Notes: generated by a model not told the origin, from the letters alone. DNA of 64,000 nt from an uncultured Methylomirabilota bacterium (GCA_963705305.1 OY970067.1:2592001-2656000); one strand, 5' to 3'; numbered from the stretch's first letter, positions 8,793 to 19,327 are shown. Made by a program: numbers and translations.

Positions 8793-10232
8793 TCAGGCCG
8801 GCGGCGGGAAGCGGAGGGTGAATCTCGTCCCGCGACCGGCCTCGCTCTCGACCCGGATGTGAATCCCGTGGGCATTGGCGATATGGCGCACGATGGCAAG
8901 CCCCAGGCCGGTCGAATCCTTGTTGTGCCGCGCAGCCTCGTCGGTGCGGTAATAGTCGTCGAAGATCCGGGGGAGCTTGTCGGGGGGAATACCGATTCCC
9001 TCGTCCTCGACGACGATGACGCCGGTCCGCGGCGGCTCCTCGGCGCAGGTCACGCGCACCCTGCCCCCGTTGTGGGAGTACACCACCGCATTGGACACGA
9101 TATTGGTCACCAGCATCTTCAGGTGGTCCGCAGGGGCCCGGACGCGCGCAGGGGCCAGCTGCGTTTCGATGGTGACGCGGCGCTCTTCCGCCCGCGCCCC
9201 CACGTTGGCGATGGCCCACCGAACGACGTCGGCCAGATCCAGCTCGACCGAGAGGGGCCGCTCGTTCTCCGATTGCAGGTTGGCCAGCTGGAGCATCTGC
9301 TGGATCTCGTGGGCCAGCCTGCGGCACCTGGCCGCGATCCGGCGCACCACCTCGGCGGCCTCGTCGGGGAGGATGCCGCAGCTCCCCTTGAGCAGCAGCT
9401 GCGCGTTGGCCGCGATGGCGGCGAAGGGCGCCTTGAGCTCGTGCGTGGTCCGCAGCATGTGGCGCGCCTTCTCCGCCTGGACGATGGTGAGGCGCCGGTT
9501 GGCCTCTGCCAGCCTGCGGTCGCGGCCCCGCACCATCGCCGCGAGGTGGGACGCCAGGTACCAGACGACGAAGAAGATGGCCAAGGCTGCCAGGACCGTG
9601 ACCCACGGAAGGGCGAGGTGCGCCTCCATAACGTTCCGGAGCGTCCGGTCGGCGTAGATGCCGGGCGCGCGGATGACGCCCAGCAGCTCCAGCGCGACAC
9701 AGCCGGTGTACAGCCCGCTGGAGATGAGGACCACGACCAGGCTTCGCCGGCGCGGAAAGAAGATGCACGCCAGCACGACGTGGCCCAAGTACATGAAGGG
9801 AGCCGGGGATTGCAGGCTTCCCAAGAAGTAGACGACCATGGTGAGGACGACCAGGTCGACGATGATCTGGCTCCACAGATTGAGCGCGGCGCCCTGGCCG
9901 GGAGGCTGCCGGACGAGCAGCTCGGCGTGCCAGAGGAAGCCGACATTCGCCGCGAGCAGGATGCCGGCGGCGACGAACGGCCAGACATTCGGCGGCCGCA
10001 GGCCGAGCGGAGTGAACAGGGTGTGGGCGAGGACGCCCAAGGCGCCGAACCCAACCAGGCAGGAGATGGCCACCCAGCGGAGGCGGATGAACCAGAGGAC
10101 GTTTCCGATCAGGAGGGTTTCCGGTAGGGCTTCGGATGATGCGTTGTCGGCCGGCAGCGCACCGCCGGGCTTGGCCGGCGTCGGAAGCAGCTCGAAGGAA
10201 GCGCGGAGCGTGGAATCGGCCAATGTCGCCAT
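8793..10232 (-). CDS. Membrane sensor histidine kinase (multi-TM N-terminus, HisKA + HATPase)
   Basis: Several TM segments; THELKAP H-box, NIVSNAVVY N-box, DEGIGI, GLGLAIV; start could be 10277. Confidence 0.9.
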   Translation of the reverse strand: MATLADSTLRASFELLPTPAKPGGALPADNASSEALPETLLIGNVLWFIRLRWVAISCLVGFGALGVLAHTLFTPLGLRPPNVWPFVAAGILLAANVGFLWHAELLVRQPPGQGAALNLWSQIIVDLVVLTMVVYFLGSLQSPAPFMYLGHVVLACIFFPRRRSLVVVLISSGLYTGCVALELLGVIRAPGIYADRTLRNVMEAHLALPWVTVLAALAIFFVVWYLASHLAAMVRGRDRRLAEANRRLTIVQAEKARHMLRTTHELKAPFAAIAANAQLLLKGSCGILPDEAAEVVRRIAARCRRLAHEIQQMLQLANLQSENERPLSVELDLADVVRWAIANVGARAEERRVTIETQLAPARVRAPADHLKMLVTNIVSNAVVYSHNGGRVRVTCAEEPPRTGVIVVEDEGIGIPPDKLPRIFDDYYRTDEAARHNKDSTGLGLAIVRHIANAHGIHIRVESEAGRGTRFTLRFPPPA

Positions 10233-10646
10233 GGCGCCGCCGAAGAGAGATTGCCGGCCTCTGTTCTGGGTTTCCAAGGCCTCGCGCTTCAGCTGCAGAG
10301 CGCCCGCCCCGAGCCGTTCGACACGCCGGCCCTGGTTGCAGGAGATAGCGGGATGAGACCCGCGCGGGTCATTCGGTTCGGACGAGACGAGCCCGCAGAC
10401 GACAGCAGCAGCGGTTGGCGCCCGTGCGGCCAGCCCGGAAGATCTTCGGATCGCTCCGGCAGCTCCGGCTTCGCCCGCGACGCCCGACGAGGCCTCCCGT
10501 CAAAAGCATCCCACCGCGTTATCCGGGTGTCAAGGGGGAATCGCCGGCGGAATCCCCGAGAGGGCCGCGGCCCCGGACGACTTGACAGCAGCCGTTGTTT
10601 GGCTTTCAATTAGCCGGCGAGGGGGGGCCTGATCGCAGGGGGGATT

Positions 10647-11825
10647 GTGCAGAAGACGCGAGAGACACAGGATCTGGCCCAGGCCCTGTATGTGGCGGCC
10701 GTGGCTCTGGGACGCACCGGCGAGGCCGAGGAAGTGGTCCGGGTGGCGATCGAGGAGATCCAGCGGGCGACCGGCGTGGAGGCCGTGTCGCTTCACCTCC
10801 TGGACTCCTCGCAGTCGATCCTGGTCCTGCGAGAGTTCGCCGGCACCACATCCGGCTTCCGCGAGCAGATGACCCATCTGCCGCTGGACAAAGCGCTGCT
10901 GGCGGCCCGGGCGATCCGGGAGCGCCGCGTCGTTTCCTGCGCCGTTGACGCGCACCCGACGCCCGTGCTACGCGCCCTGTATGTGGCCGAAGGCTTCCGC
11001 CACATGACCGCCGTGCCGGTGTCCGGGCGCCAGGAGGTCCTGGGTGTCCTGCTGGTGGCGGGTCGCGCCCCGACGCCGCTGACCCCGCAGGATCTGGCCC
11101 TCGTCGAGGCCATCGGCGGGCTGGTAGGGATAGCGCTGGGCGATACCACCCTGCGCGAGCTGATGCTGGCGCAGCAAGACCGGTTGCGCGCCCTGGCCGA
11201 AGGGACATTCCGGGCCCGCGAAGAGGAGGCCAGGCGAATCGCGCGCGAGCTGCATGACGAGGCCGGCCAGCTGCTGGCCTCGGTGCATATCGCGCTGGAC
11301 GACCTAGCCCAGCGGATGCCCGCGGGGGCAGGGACAGTCTGCAAGGTTCATGACCTGCTGGACCGGGTGGAGGAACAACTCCGCCGGCTGTCCCGGGAGC
11401 TGCGCCCCACCATCCTGGACGACCTGGGGCTGGCGCCCGCCCTGGAATGGCTGGCGCAAGGAGTGGCGGAGCGGACGGGGATCAGCGTGGCCGTCCAGGC
11501 GCCGGTCGGCCGGCTGCCTTCCGGAATCGAGACCGTCCTGTACCGCGTTGTCCAGGAGGCGCTCAACAATACCGCCAGACACGCGCAGGCCATGTCCGCG
11601 GCGATCGAGGTCTGGCTAGGGAACGGCACGGTCCGTGCGGTTGTGCGGGATGATGGCCAGGGGTTCGACGTTGAGACCGCGCTGGCGCGCCGGGGGGACC
11701 GCGGCCTGGGCCTGATCGGGATGCGCGAGCGTGTGGACGCGGTGGGGGGGCGCCTGTCGATCACCTCGGCCGCCGGCAGGGGAACGGAGGTGATCGCGAC
11801 GATTCCCGTGGATGGGCAGCCGTGA
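10647..11825 (+). CDS. Cytoplasmic GAF-domain histidine kinase (HisKA_3/NarX-UhpB type)
   Basis: GAF-like N-half; EARRIARELHDEAGQ, LRPTILDDLGL, QEALNN, DDGQGF, GLIGMRER. Confidence 0.9.
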   Translation: MQKTRETQDLAQALYVAAVALGRTGEAEEVVRVAIEEIQRATGVEAVSLHLLDSSQSILVLREFAGTTSGFREQMTHLPLDKALLAARAIRERRVVSCAVDAHPTPVLRALYVAEGFRHMTAVPVSGRQEVLGVLLVAGRAPTPLTPQDLALVEAIGGLVGIALGDTTLRELMLAQQDRLRALAEGTFRAREEEARRIARELHDEAGQLLASVHIALDDLAQRMPAGAGTVCKVHDLLDRVEEQLRRLSRELRPTILDDLGLAPALEWLAQGVAERTGISVAVQAPVGRLPSGIETVLYRVVQEALNNTARHAQAMSAAIEVWLGNGTVRAVVRDDGQGFDVETALARRGDRGLGLIGMRERVDAVGGRLSITSAAGRGTEVIATIPVDGQP

Positions 11826-12457
11826 TCCGTGTGCTGCTGGCCGATGACCACGCCATCGTGCGCGAAGGGTTGCGCGCGCTGCTCACGCGGGAGCCGGACC
11901 TAGAGGTTGTGGCGGAGGCGGCCGACGGCCACGAGGCTCTCCGGCGGGCCCGCGAAACCAAGCCGGATGTGGCCGCCATGGACCTCAGTATGCCTTTGCT
12001 GAACGGCCTGGAGGCGAGCCGCCAGATGATTGACTGGGAGCGGGGGCCGCGGCCTATCCTGCTGACCATGCACGCCGAGGATCAATACGTTCTGGAGGCG
12101 ATGCGGATCGGGATCCGGGGATACGTCCTGAAGACGCAGGCGGGTGCGGATCTGGTGCAGGCCATCCGCGAGGTGTCGGCCGGCGGAGTGTACTTGAGCC
12201 CGGGCGTCTCCGCGACGCTGGTCGGTGCCCTGCGGGACCCCAGGCCCCCCGGGGGAGAGGCGGTCCTCACCCCACGCGAACGGGAGGTGCTCCAGCTCGT
12301 GGCGGAGGGGAAAACGACAAAGGAGATCGGCGCGATCCTCCATGTCAGCACCAAGACCGCCGATGCGCACCGGACACGTTTGATGCAGAAGCTGAATATT
12401 CATGATATTGCAGGTCTAACCCGATATGCCATTCGCCGGGGCGTGATTCAGCCCTGA
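11822..12457 (+). CDS. NarL/LuxR-family response regulator
   Basis: ADDHAIVREG receiver; LTPREREVLQLVAEGKTTKEI HTH; GTGA overlap with the kinase stop. Confidence 0.93.
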   Translation: MIRVLLADDHAIVREGLRALLTREPDLEVVAEAADGHEALRRARETKPDVAAMDLSMPLLNGLEASRQMIDWERGPRPILLTMHAEDQYVLEAMRIGIRGYVLKTQAGADLVQAIREVSAGGVYLSPGVSATLVGALRDPRPPGGEAVLTPREREVLQLVAEGKTTKEIGAILHVSTKTADAHRTRLMQKLNIHDIAGLTRYAIRRGVIQP

Positions 12458-12534
12458 GTCCTCGGCCGGTCGCCGGAGTCCAGCGGCGGCCCCCACGGCC
12501 AACGCACCGTACCGACGCACCCCGAGAGGCATCC

Positions 12535-13113
12535 ATGCAGAAAATCCTGGTGGCTTTCGTTGCGCTCTTTGTGGCGGTAGATATCCTGGGGGTCCTCCCG
12601 TTGTACCTGAGCCTCACCCACCAGATGTCTCCCGAGGACCGCCGGAGGCTCTCGTGGCAGTCCACGCTGACGGCGACTGCCGTCGGGCTCGGGTTCCTCA
12701 TCCTGGGAAATCTGATTTTCCGGGTGATGGGGGTGACGGTGGGAGACTTTCAAGTGGCCGGGGGCATCTTGCTCCTGGTTCTATCGATTCACGACCTGCT
12801 CAATCCTGGCAGGGTCATCCGACGGCCCACCCCCGGCATCGGCGTCGTCCCCCTGGGCACGCCTTTGATCGTGGGACCGGCCGTACTCACCGCCCTGGTC
12901 GTCCTGACACAGAACTACGGCCACGCGGTCACCCTGATCGCTTTCGGGGCGAACATGGGCTTGGCGCTCATCGTTCTCCGCTATGCCCAGCGGATCGGGC
13001 GGGTCCTCGGCGAGAACGGCTCCGAGGCCGTGGCCAAGGTGGCGAACCTGTTCCTGGCCGCATTCGGGATCAGCCTGGTGCGGCGAGGCTTGCCAGACTT
13101 TGTCGGGCGATGA
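12535..13113 (+). CDS. MarC-family membrane protein
   Basis: About 6 TM helices; FQVAGGILL, VVPLGTPLIVGPAVL. Confidence 0.88.
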   Translation: MQKILVAFVALFVAVDILGVLPLYLSLTHQMSPEDRRRLSWQSTLTATAVGLGFLILGNLIFRVMGVTVGDFQVAGGILLLVLSIHDLLNPGRVIRRPTPGIGVVPLGTPLIVGPAVLTALVVLTQNYGHAVTLIAFGANMGLALIVLRYAQRIGRVLGENGSEAVAKVANLFLAAFGISLVRRGLPDFVGR

Positions 13114-13327
13114 CCTCCTGACACGCGCGACGCGGAGCGGGGAGCAGCAGGGGCGAGTCAGGCATAAGAACCTCGATTTGTCCTGATATTCCTTGACATT
13201 TTTTCAGGCGTCAACTAGTCATGCTCATAGGAGTCGGGTCCCTAAAGAGGCCCCCGGGTGCCGAAGGATCCCGGTGGGGTCTGCCGGTCAAGGGGGAGAG
13301 GGGTCGAACCACCTACGGGGGAAAACG

Positions 13328-14251
13328 GTGGTCGTCCTGATCGTCGATGACGACGCGGGCGTGGCGGAGACACTGTCCGAGGTTTTGGGTGCCAGTGGGC
13401 ACGAGGCCGTGGTGGCCGGGGATGCCCAGGGTGGCCTGGATATCCTGCGCAGTCGATCCGTCGACCTGATCCTCCTCGATGTCATCCTCCCCGGCGGGCT
13501 CTCCGGATATGCGGCGTGCGAGACCTACAAGAGCCTGCGGCCCAATCTGCCGGTCGTCATCATCACGGGAACGTTCACAAGCGACGCCGACGCCCGACTG
13601 GCCACCCAGGTGGGAGCGCTGGGCTTCCTGCGCAAGCCATTTGCGGTGGACCAGCTTCTCGGGCTGGTCCGCCGGGCCACGGAGGTGCGCCAGTCCGCCT
13701 CCATGTTCCTGTTTGCCTTCCGATGCCAGGAGTGTGGCGCCGAAAGCCGGACCCGGCACTGGGCAGGCGAGGCGCGCCGGGTACGCTGTCCGAATTGCGG
13801 CAACCTCCGCGTGGTCGGGCCGGAAGAGCTGACGCCGATCTCCGAACCGTCCGCCCGCGTGCCCATGCCGGGAGGGCGACGGCGGATCCTGGTGGTGGAC
13901 AGCACCGAGCATTTCCGGCTCTACCTGCTGGACCTGTTGACGGAGGTTGGCCATTACGTGGTCACCGCCCGTGACGGGCAGGAGGCGCTGCGTCTGGCCC
14001 AGGAATGGGTTCCAGATCTGGTGATCACGGACATCCTGCTGCCCGGCATGGATGGCATCGCCCTCTGCCAGCAGATCAAAGCCCATCCGCGTCTCCGGCA
14101 GACGCCGGTCCTCACCATCACCAGCTTGAAAGACGACGAGTACCGGCGGCACGGTCAGCGCGCGGGCATTGACGTGTTCATGACCAAGCCCATCCGGGCC
14201 GAGGAGCTCTTCGAGCACGTGCAGACCCTGACCGCTCCATCCGGTCACTAA
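13328..14251 (+). CDS. Receiver - zinc ribbon - receiver protein
   Basis: Two REC domains (IVDDD...LLDVILPG; VVDS...ITDILLPGMDG) flanking CQECG...CPNCG; start approximate (GTG 13328). Confidence 0.82.
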   Translation: MVVLIVDDDAGVAETLSEVLGASGHEAVVAGDAQGGLDILRSRSVDLILLDVILPGGLSGYAACETYKSLRPNLPVVIITGTFTSDADARLATQVGALGFLRKPFAVDQLLGLVRRATEVRQSASMFLFAFRCQECGAESRTRHWAGEARRVRCPNCGNLRVVGPEELTPISEPSARVPMPGGRRRILVVDSTEHFRLYLLDLLTEVGHYVVTARDGQEALRLAQEWVPDLVITDILLPGMDGIALCQQIKAHPRLRQTPVLTITSLKDDEYRRHGQRAGIDVFMTKPIRAEELFEHVQTLTAPSGH

Positions 14252-14508
14252 TTCCTTCCCAATGCCGCCCCGGTGCCGGCCGCCCAGGCACGCCACTGCT
14301 GGGGGATTTCCCTTCAGGAATTCGGGTACCTTCCTTATTCCGCCTTTCCCCGCGTGTGCTATCGTGGGCCTGGAACCAGGCTGGAGCCAGTGAGTTCGGC
14401 GGGGGGACCGCTTTCCTCCGGGTCTGCCCGGCCGCTCCATCGAGGTGTCGGCATGATGCCGGTCCCGCGGGGCGCGGCTCCGGGGATCGGTTGTGAACGA
14501 GGAACCGC

Positions 14509-14940
14509 ATGAGCGTTCGACAGAAACCTATGAAGGAATCCGGGCAGCGTCGCGGCTCCGGCTCGAAGGATCGCTTTGTGGCCCTCCGCCACCTGCTGGA
14601 GGTGGAACGCCAGCAGGTCCGGACGGAACTGGAGTCAATGACCCGCGCGCTGCGCGAAGTGGGCCGGCCGGAGGTGGGCGACGAGAGCGACCGGGCGGCA
14701 TATGGGTTCACCCAAGAGCTGAGCTCGGCCGGTGTGGATCGGCTGGCACAGACCCTGAGCCGCATCGAGGATGCCCTGGCCCGACATGCCGAGGGGCGGT
14801 ACGGGTACTGCGCCAGGTGCGAGGAGGAGATCCCGATCGCCCGCCTCCGGTCCCTGCCGTTTGCCGACTATTGCACCCGCTGTCAGGAAGAGGTGGAGCG
14901 CACGACGAGCGGGTCCGGGGAGATCGGCCTGGTGGCGTGA
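14509..14940 (+). CDS. DksA/TraR C4-type zinc finger protein
   Basis: GDESDRA coiled-coil tip; YGYCARCEEEIPIARLRSLPFADYCTRCQ. Confidence 0.9.
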   Translation: MSVRQKPMKESGQRRGSGSKDRFVALRHLLEVERQQVRTELESMTRALREVGRPEVGDESDRAAYGFTQELSSAGVDRLAQTLSRIEDALARHAEGRYGYCARCEEEIPIARLRSLPFADYCTRCQEEVERTTSGSGEIGLVA

Positions 14941-15203
14941 AGAACCCGCCTGGTCCCGCCGGAGGCATCCTGTTGAGGACGGCTGCGCTCGCGACGAGCC
15001 CTGCGCGCGGCGGCCGGGAGTCCTCGACGATGGATGTGTGCCTGCCGGCAAGGGAGCAGGTGCCCGCGACGGGCGGAGGAGATTCCGGCCCCTGCGGGAG
15101 ATCTCCCGGATCCGAGGACCGGGCGAATGCGCCTTCCGTTACTGTACCCGTGGGTCCATTCTGCGAAGGCCGGGCGTTACGCGTGCTTCTGCCGGGATCG
15201 GAC

Positions 15204-15581
15204 ATGCGGCTCCTGTTGGTGGATGATGATCCCGAATTCCGCGATACCCTGCGGCAGCTCCTCGTCCAGCGAAGGCAGGTAGCGATCGTCGGGGAGGCTG
15301 CCGACGGCGAGGAGGCGCTCCGGCTGGCAGGCGCGGTCTGCCCGGACGTCGTCCTCCTGGACCTGGTCATGCCGCGGATGAACGGCCTGGAGGCAGCGCG
15401 CCATTTTAAGGCGCGCTGGCCGGGAATGGTCGTGGTGATCCTGACGGTCCACGACGATGAGGCATACCGGCGGACTGCCCTGGCAGCCGGCGCCAAGGCC
15501 TTTCTGGTCAAGAAGACCCTGGGCGTCGATCTGTGGCCCACGTTGCTCCGGTTCGGCCCGAGAACCTTGCGCCAGGAATGA
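15204..15581 (+). CDS. Stand-alone NarL-type receiver domain protein
   Basis: MRLLLVDDD, GEAADGEEA, LLDLVMPRMNG; no output domain. Confidence 0.85.
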   Translation: MRLLLVDDDPEFRDTLRQLLVQRRQVAIVGEAADGEEALRLAGAVCPDVVLLDLVMPRMNGLEAARHFKARWPGMVVVILTVHDDEAYRRTALAAGAKAFLVKKTLGVDLWPTLLRFGPRTLRQE

Positions 15582-15769
15582 CAGTGGGGGGATTTTTAGT
15601 ATCTTCCGTCGGATAGATCGGGTATAGTCCGCACTTGCGTCATTCGACCCGCGCATGATGGAAGAATCCGGCAGCGGCACCGCCGGAACGTATGAGGCCC
15701 ATTCCATAAGACACGGGCTCGGGGTCCCGGGCCCTCTTGCCCCCCAGGGGTGCATGCAGGAGGTCATCA

Positions 15770-17035
15770 ATGGCTCTGGATGTCGTCCAGTCGGCACGGG
15801 AGGTCTTTGACGCAGGCCGGGGCGGGTCCCCGCGCTGGTTCCGCGGGTGCGCCACGTTCCTGGCAGCGATCGTGCTCCTCGCCGCCCCCCTAATTGCCGG
15901 GGCAGCGGAAGGCCAGGCTGCGCAGGACCATCGACCCGAGCGCGGCATCGGCCTCTACACGGAATACTCCGCGGTCGTGGTGCCCGTTGGAGAGTCGGTG
16001 CGGATGGATCTTACAGTGGAGAACAAAGGCAAGCGGGACGAGACGGTCGCCCTGAAATTCAAGTCCGTCCCCAAAGGCTGGCAGGCAAAGCTTATCGGAG
16101 GGAACTTCACGGTCACCGGGGTGTCCGTTCCTGCCGGAAAGACGCGCACCTTGACCTTCACCGCGGACCCGGACAAGAACGTGGGGCCGGGGACCTACGC
16201 CTTCGACCTGGAGGGGATCACGGCCGACGGCCAGCTCACGGCTTCGCAGACGCTCACGATCACCGCCCGGGAGCGAAGCCGCATGGGCGCGCAGGACATT
16301 CAGATTACCACCTCCTACCCGGTCCTGAAGGGACAGACGGATGCCACCTTTGAGTTCTCGCTGGACGTGGCCAACAAGAGCGAGAACGACCGGACGTTCA
16401 ACCTGAGCGCCCAGGTGCCCGAGAAGTGGGATGTGAACTTCAAACCGGCCTACGAGAGCAAGCAGATCTCCAGCCTGCGTATCCGCGGGGGGAGCAGCCA
16501 GACCGTGGCCGTGCAGATCACCCCTCAGCGCGACACCCAGGCGGGCCAGTATCCGATCCTCGTTCGGATCAACTCGGGCGAGTCGCAGGCCGAGGCGAAG
16601 TTGATGGTGGTTCTCACCGGGATCTACAGGCTGGATGCGGGAACCCCGACCGGCCTGCTGTCGCTGGATGCGGTCCGCGGGAAGGCCGCGACGATGTCGC
16701 TGGTGATCAAGAACACCGGCTCGGCGGTCAATCACAATATCAGCCTGTCGGCCTTCAATCCCGAGAACTGGAAGGTCGCATTCAAGCCCGACAAGATCGA
16801 GTCCCTGGATCCGGGGGCGATCAAGCAGGTGGAAGTGACCATCACCCCCTCGACGGAGGCGCTGGTCGGCGACTACTCGGTGGCGCTCTCGGTCGATGGG
16901 GAGAAGGCCAGCAAGACGGTGGAGATGCGGGTCACGGTGAAAGCGCCGACCGCCTGGGGCTGGATCGGGGTCGGCCTGATTGTTGCGGTGATCGCCGGGA
17001 TGGGCGGCCTGTTCGCCTGGTTTGGCCGGCGGTAG
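15770..17035 (+). CDS. Secreted Ig-like repeat protein (NEW3/COG1470 type) with C-terminal TM anchor, ABC-associated
   Basis: AGGAGG RBS; signal-like helix; three repeats of N-x-G...P-x-x-W; C-terminal WGWIGVGLIVAVIAG..FGRR. Confidence 0.8.
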   Translation: MALDVVQSAREVFDAGRGGSPRWFRGCATFLAAIVLLAAPLIAGAAEGQAAQDHRPERGIGLYTEYSAVVVPVGESVRMDLTVENKGKRDETVALKFKSVPKGWQAKLIGGNFTVTGVSVPAGKTRTLTFTADPDKNVGPGTYAFDLEGITADGQLTASQTLTITARERSRMGAQDIQITTSYPVLKGQTDATFEFSLDVANKSENDRTFNLSAQVPEKWDVNFKPAYESKQISSLRIRGGSSQTVAVQITPQRDTQAGQYPILVRINSGESQAEAKLMVVLTGIYRLDAGTPTGLLSLDAVRGKAATMSLVIKNTGSAVNHNISLSAFNPENWKVAFKPDKIESLDPGAIKQVEVTITPSTEALVGDYSVALSVDGEKASKTVEMRVTVKAPTAWGWIGVGLIVAVIAGMGGLFAWFGRR

Positions 17036-17139
17036 GCGCCAACCGGGCCACCGGCCCCTGGTACGCTTGGAGGTCCGGGCTTCCGAGTTGCCGGATGGCC
17101 AAGTTCCCTGGCAGGCAGACAGGAGAGGCGGACGAGATC

Positions 17140-17901
17140 ATGGAGAGTATCATCGAGACCCACCAGCTCACCAAGCGCTACGGCGCCCAAGTGGCGGTGA
17201 ACGCCCTGACCCTGGAGGTCGCCGCCGGCGAGATCTTCGGGTTCCTGGGGCCCAACGGGGCCGGGAAGACGACCACGCTCTTGATGCTCTTGGGGCTGAG
17301 TGAGCCCACCTCCGGGAGCGCGCGAGTCTGCGGATTCGATCCGACCCGGCAGCCCTTGCAGGTCAAGAAGATCGTGGGCTACCTGCCGGAAAACGTGGGC
17401 TTCTACGAGGACATGACCGCCGTCCAGAACCTGGAGTTCGTGGGCCGGCTGAACGGCCTGCGGGACGGCGGTCTGCAGGGAAAGATCGAGACCGTGCTGG
17501 CCCAGGTCGACCTCTTGGGCGAGGGAAAGAAACGCGTGGGGGCCTACTCGCGCGGGATGCGGCAGCGCCTGGGCATTGCCGAAGTGCTGCTGAAGGAGCC
17601 CCGGGTGGTGTTCCTGGACGAGCCGACGCTGGGATTGGATCCGGATGGCACCCAGAAGATGCTGGAGTTCATCCAGCGGCTCAGCCGGGAGAAGGGGATG
17701 ACCGTCTTCTTCTCTTCCCATCTCCTGGACCAAGTCCAGCGCATCAGCGATCGAGTGGGGATCATGCTCAAGGGCAGCCTGGTGGCGGTGGGGCCCATCC
17801 AGGAGCTGGCCAAGCGGAAGCTGGGCATCGACCAGCAGCACTACACGCTGGAAGAGATCTACATGCGGTATTTCCGGGAGGGCGTTCCGGTCGGCTCGTG
17901 A
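17140..17901 (+). CDS. ABC transporter ATP-binding protein
   Basis: GPNGAGKTT, YSRGMRQR, FLDEPT, SSH. Confidence 0.93.
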   Translation: MESIIETHQLTKRYGAQVAVNALTLEVAAGEIFGFLGPNGAGKTTTLLMLLGLSEPTSGSARVCGFDPTRQPLQVKKIVGYLPENVGFYEDMTAVQNLEFVGRLNGLRDGGLQGKIETVLAQVDLLGEGKKRVGAYSRGMRQRLGIAEVLLKEPRVVFLDEPTLGLDPDGTQKMLEFIQRLSREKGMTVFFSSHLLDQVQRISDRVGIMLKGSLVAVGPIQELAKRKLGIDQQHYTLEEIYMRYFREGVPVGS

Positions 17902-17928
17902 GGGCGCGGCTTGCCTGGAGGCGTTGCC

Positions 17929-18891
17929 ATGCACGGACTCGCAGCGATCTATCGCAAGGAGCTGGAGGATCATTTCAGCAGCACCCGGTTCATCCTGCTC
18001 CTCACCGTGATCCTGATGATCAGCCTCATCACGGGCTACATGGTCGGCAGCGGGCTCAGGAAGGAGTTGGAGGGGATCGCCAAGCCCTCCCTGGTGTTCC
18101 TGATGCTGTTCACCTCCACGGGGGCGTTCTTCTCGCTGGCCCAGTTCATCGCCTTCTTCGGACCGCTCATCGGGATGGTCCTGGGCTTCGACGCCATCAA
18201 CCGGGAGCGGACCGCGCGGACCCTCAGCAAGCTCCTGGCCCAGCCGATCTACCGGGATGCGGTCATCAACGGGAAATTCCTGGCCGGCCTGACCACCATC
18301 GGCTTGATGCTCTTGTCCATCGCCCTGCTCATCTCCGGCATGGGCCTGGTGGTCCTGGGGGTGGTGCCGGGGTGGGAGGAGGTCGGGCGGCTGGCCCTCT
18401 ACCTGGTGGTGAGCATCGTCTACGTCGGGTTCTGGCTGGGGGTGGCGATCCTCTGCTCGGTGCTGTTCCGCAGCATGGCGACCTCGGCGCTGGCCTCTCT
18501 GGCTCTCTGGATCTTCTTCGCCTTCTTCGTGCCGATGGGGGCCAACCTGGCGGCGGACGTGATCGCCCCGAGCCCGGGAGAGAATTCGGCCGAGGTCGAG
18601 GTCGTGCTCCAGCACGAGCACATCCGCGAATTCGTCTCCACGTTCTCGCCCATTACGCTGTACAGCCAGGGGACGTCGGTCGTCTTGGATCCGATGCGCA
18701 GCACGACGCGCTCGCTGGTCCTGATGGGCCCCATGGAGCGGCTGTCCCTCAGCCGCTTCCAGAGCCCGCTGTCGCTGCTGCAAAGCATGCTGATCGTGGC
18801 CCCCTACCTGATCTCGCTGCTGGCCATCACGGCGGTGTGCTTTGCCGTCTGCTATATCGCCTTCATGCGACAGGAGATTCGCGCAACCTAG
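17929..18891 (+). CDS. ABC-2 type permease
   Basis: Multi-TM; LGFDAINRER..TL.KLLAQPIYRDAVINGK. Confidence 0.88.
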   Translation: MHGLAAIYRKELEDHFSSTRFILLLTVILMISLITGYMVGSGLRKELEGIAKPSLVFLMLFTSTGAFFSLAQFIAFFGPLIGMVLGFDAINRERTARTLSKLLAQPIYRDAVINGKFLAGLTTIGLMLLSIALLISGMGLVVLGVVPGWEEVGRLALYLVVSIVYVGFWLGVAILCSVLFRSMATSALASLALWIFFAFFVPMGANLAADVIAPSPGENSAEVEVVLQHEHIREFVSTFSPITLYSQGTSVVLDPMRSTTRSLVLMGPMERLSLSRFQSPLSLLQSMLIVAPYLISLLAITAVCFAVCYIAFMRQEIRAT

Positions 18892-18907
18892 GTTGGTGCC
18901 TGGTACT

Positions 18908-19049
18908 GAATTTCCTCCGGCAGTTCGAGCTGCCGGATGGGGTGGAGAGCGAGCGCATCTCGGCTGAACTCAAGCACGGCGTCCTGACGCTGCGCCTGCC
19001 CAAGAAGGAGCAGGCCAAGCCTTGGAAGATCGAGGTCAACGTCTCCTAG
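18908..19049 (+). pseudogene. C-terminal remnant of an Hsp20/alpha-crystallin gene
   Basis: NFLRQFELPDGVESERISAELKHGVLTLRLPKKEQAKPWKIEV* with no N-terminal half and no plausible start. Confidence 0.75.
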
Positions 19050-19327
19050 TCGGGGGCGCCAACCGAGCTCGTCCGGCGGCGGGGCGGGATGCCTGAGAAC
19101 ATGCTCGCTCCGCCGCCGTGCATTCTCATCTTCCCTGTCCCACCGCGCTCCCCTGCTGATCTGCGGTCGTCCGGTCCTCTCCAATCCTTTGCTTGACACC
19201 GTCGCGACGGTCAGGCTATGTATCAACGGTTTGGGTTGCGTTGGCGACGTTGAGCGCACTGCGCTTGAGGGGAGGGCGTCGGGATTCCCGGACATTCGGA
19301 ACGCCGCGTGCGGCGGTTGAGGGACCA

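Noticed and set aside
14301..15596. Recurring GGGGGATTT upstream of the dksA-like and NEW3 genes as a NarL-regulator site
   Set aside because: Too short and G-rich to separate from chance by eye, with no consistent palindromic partner
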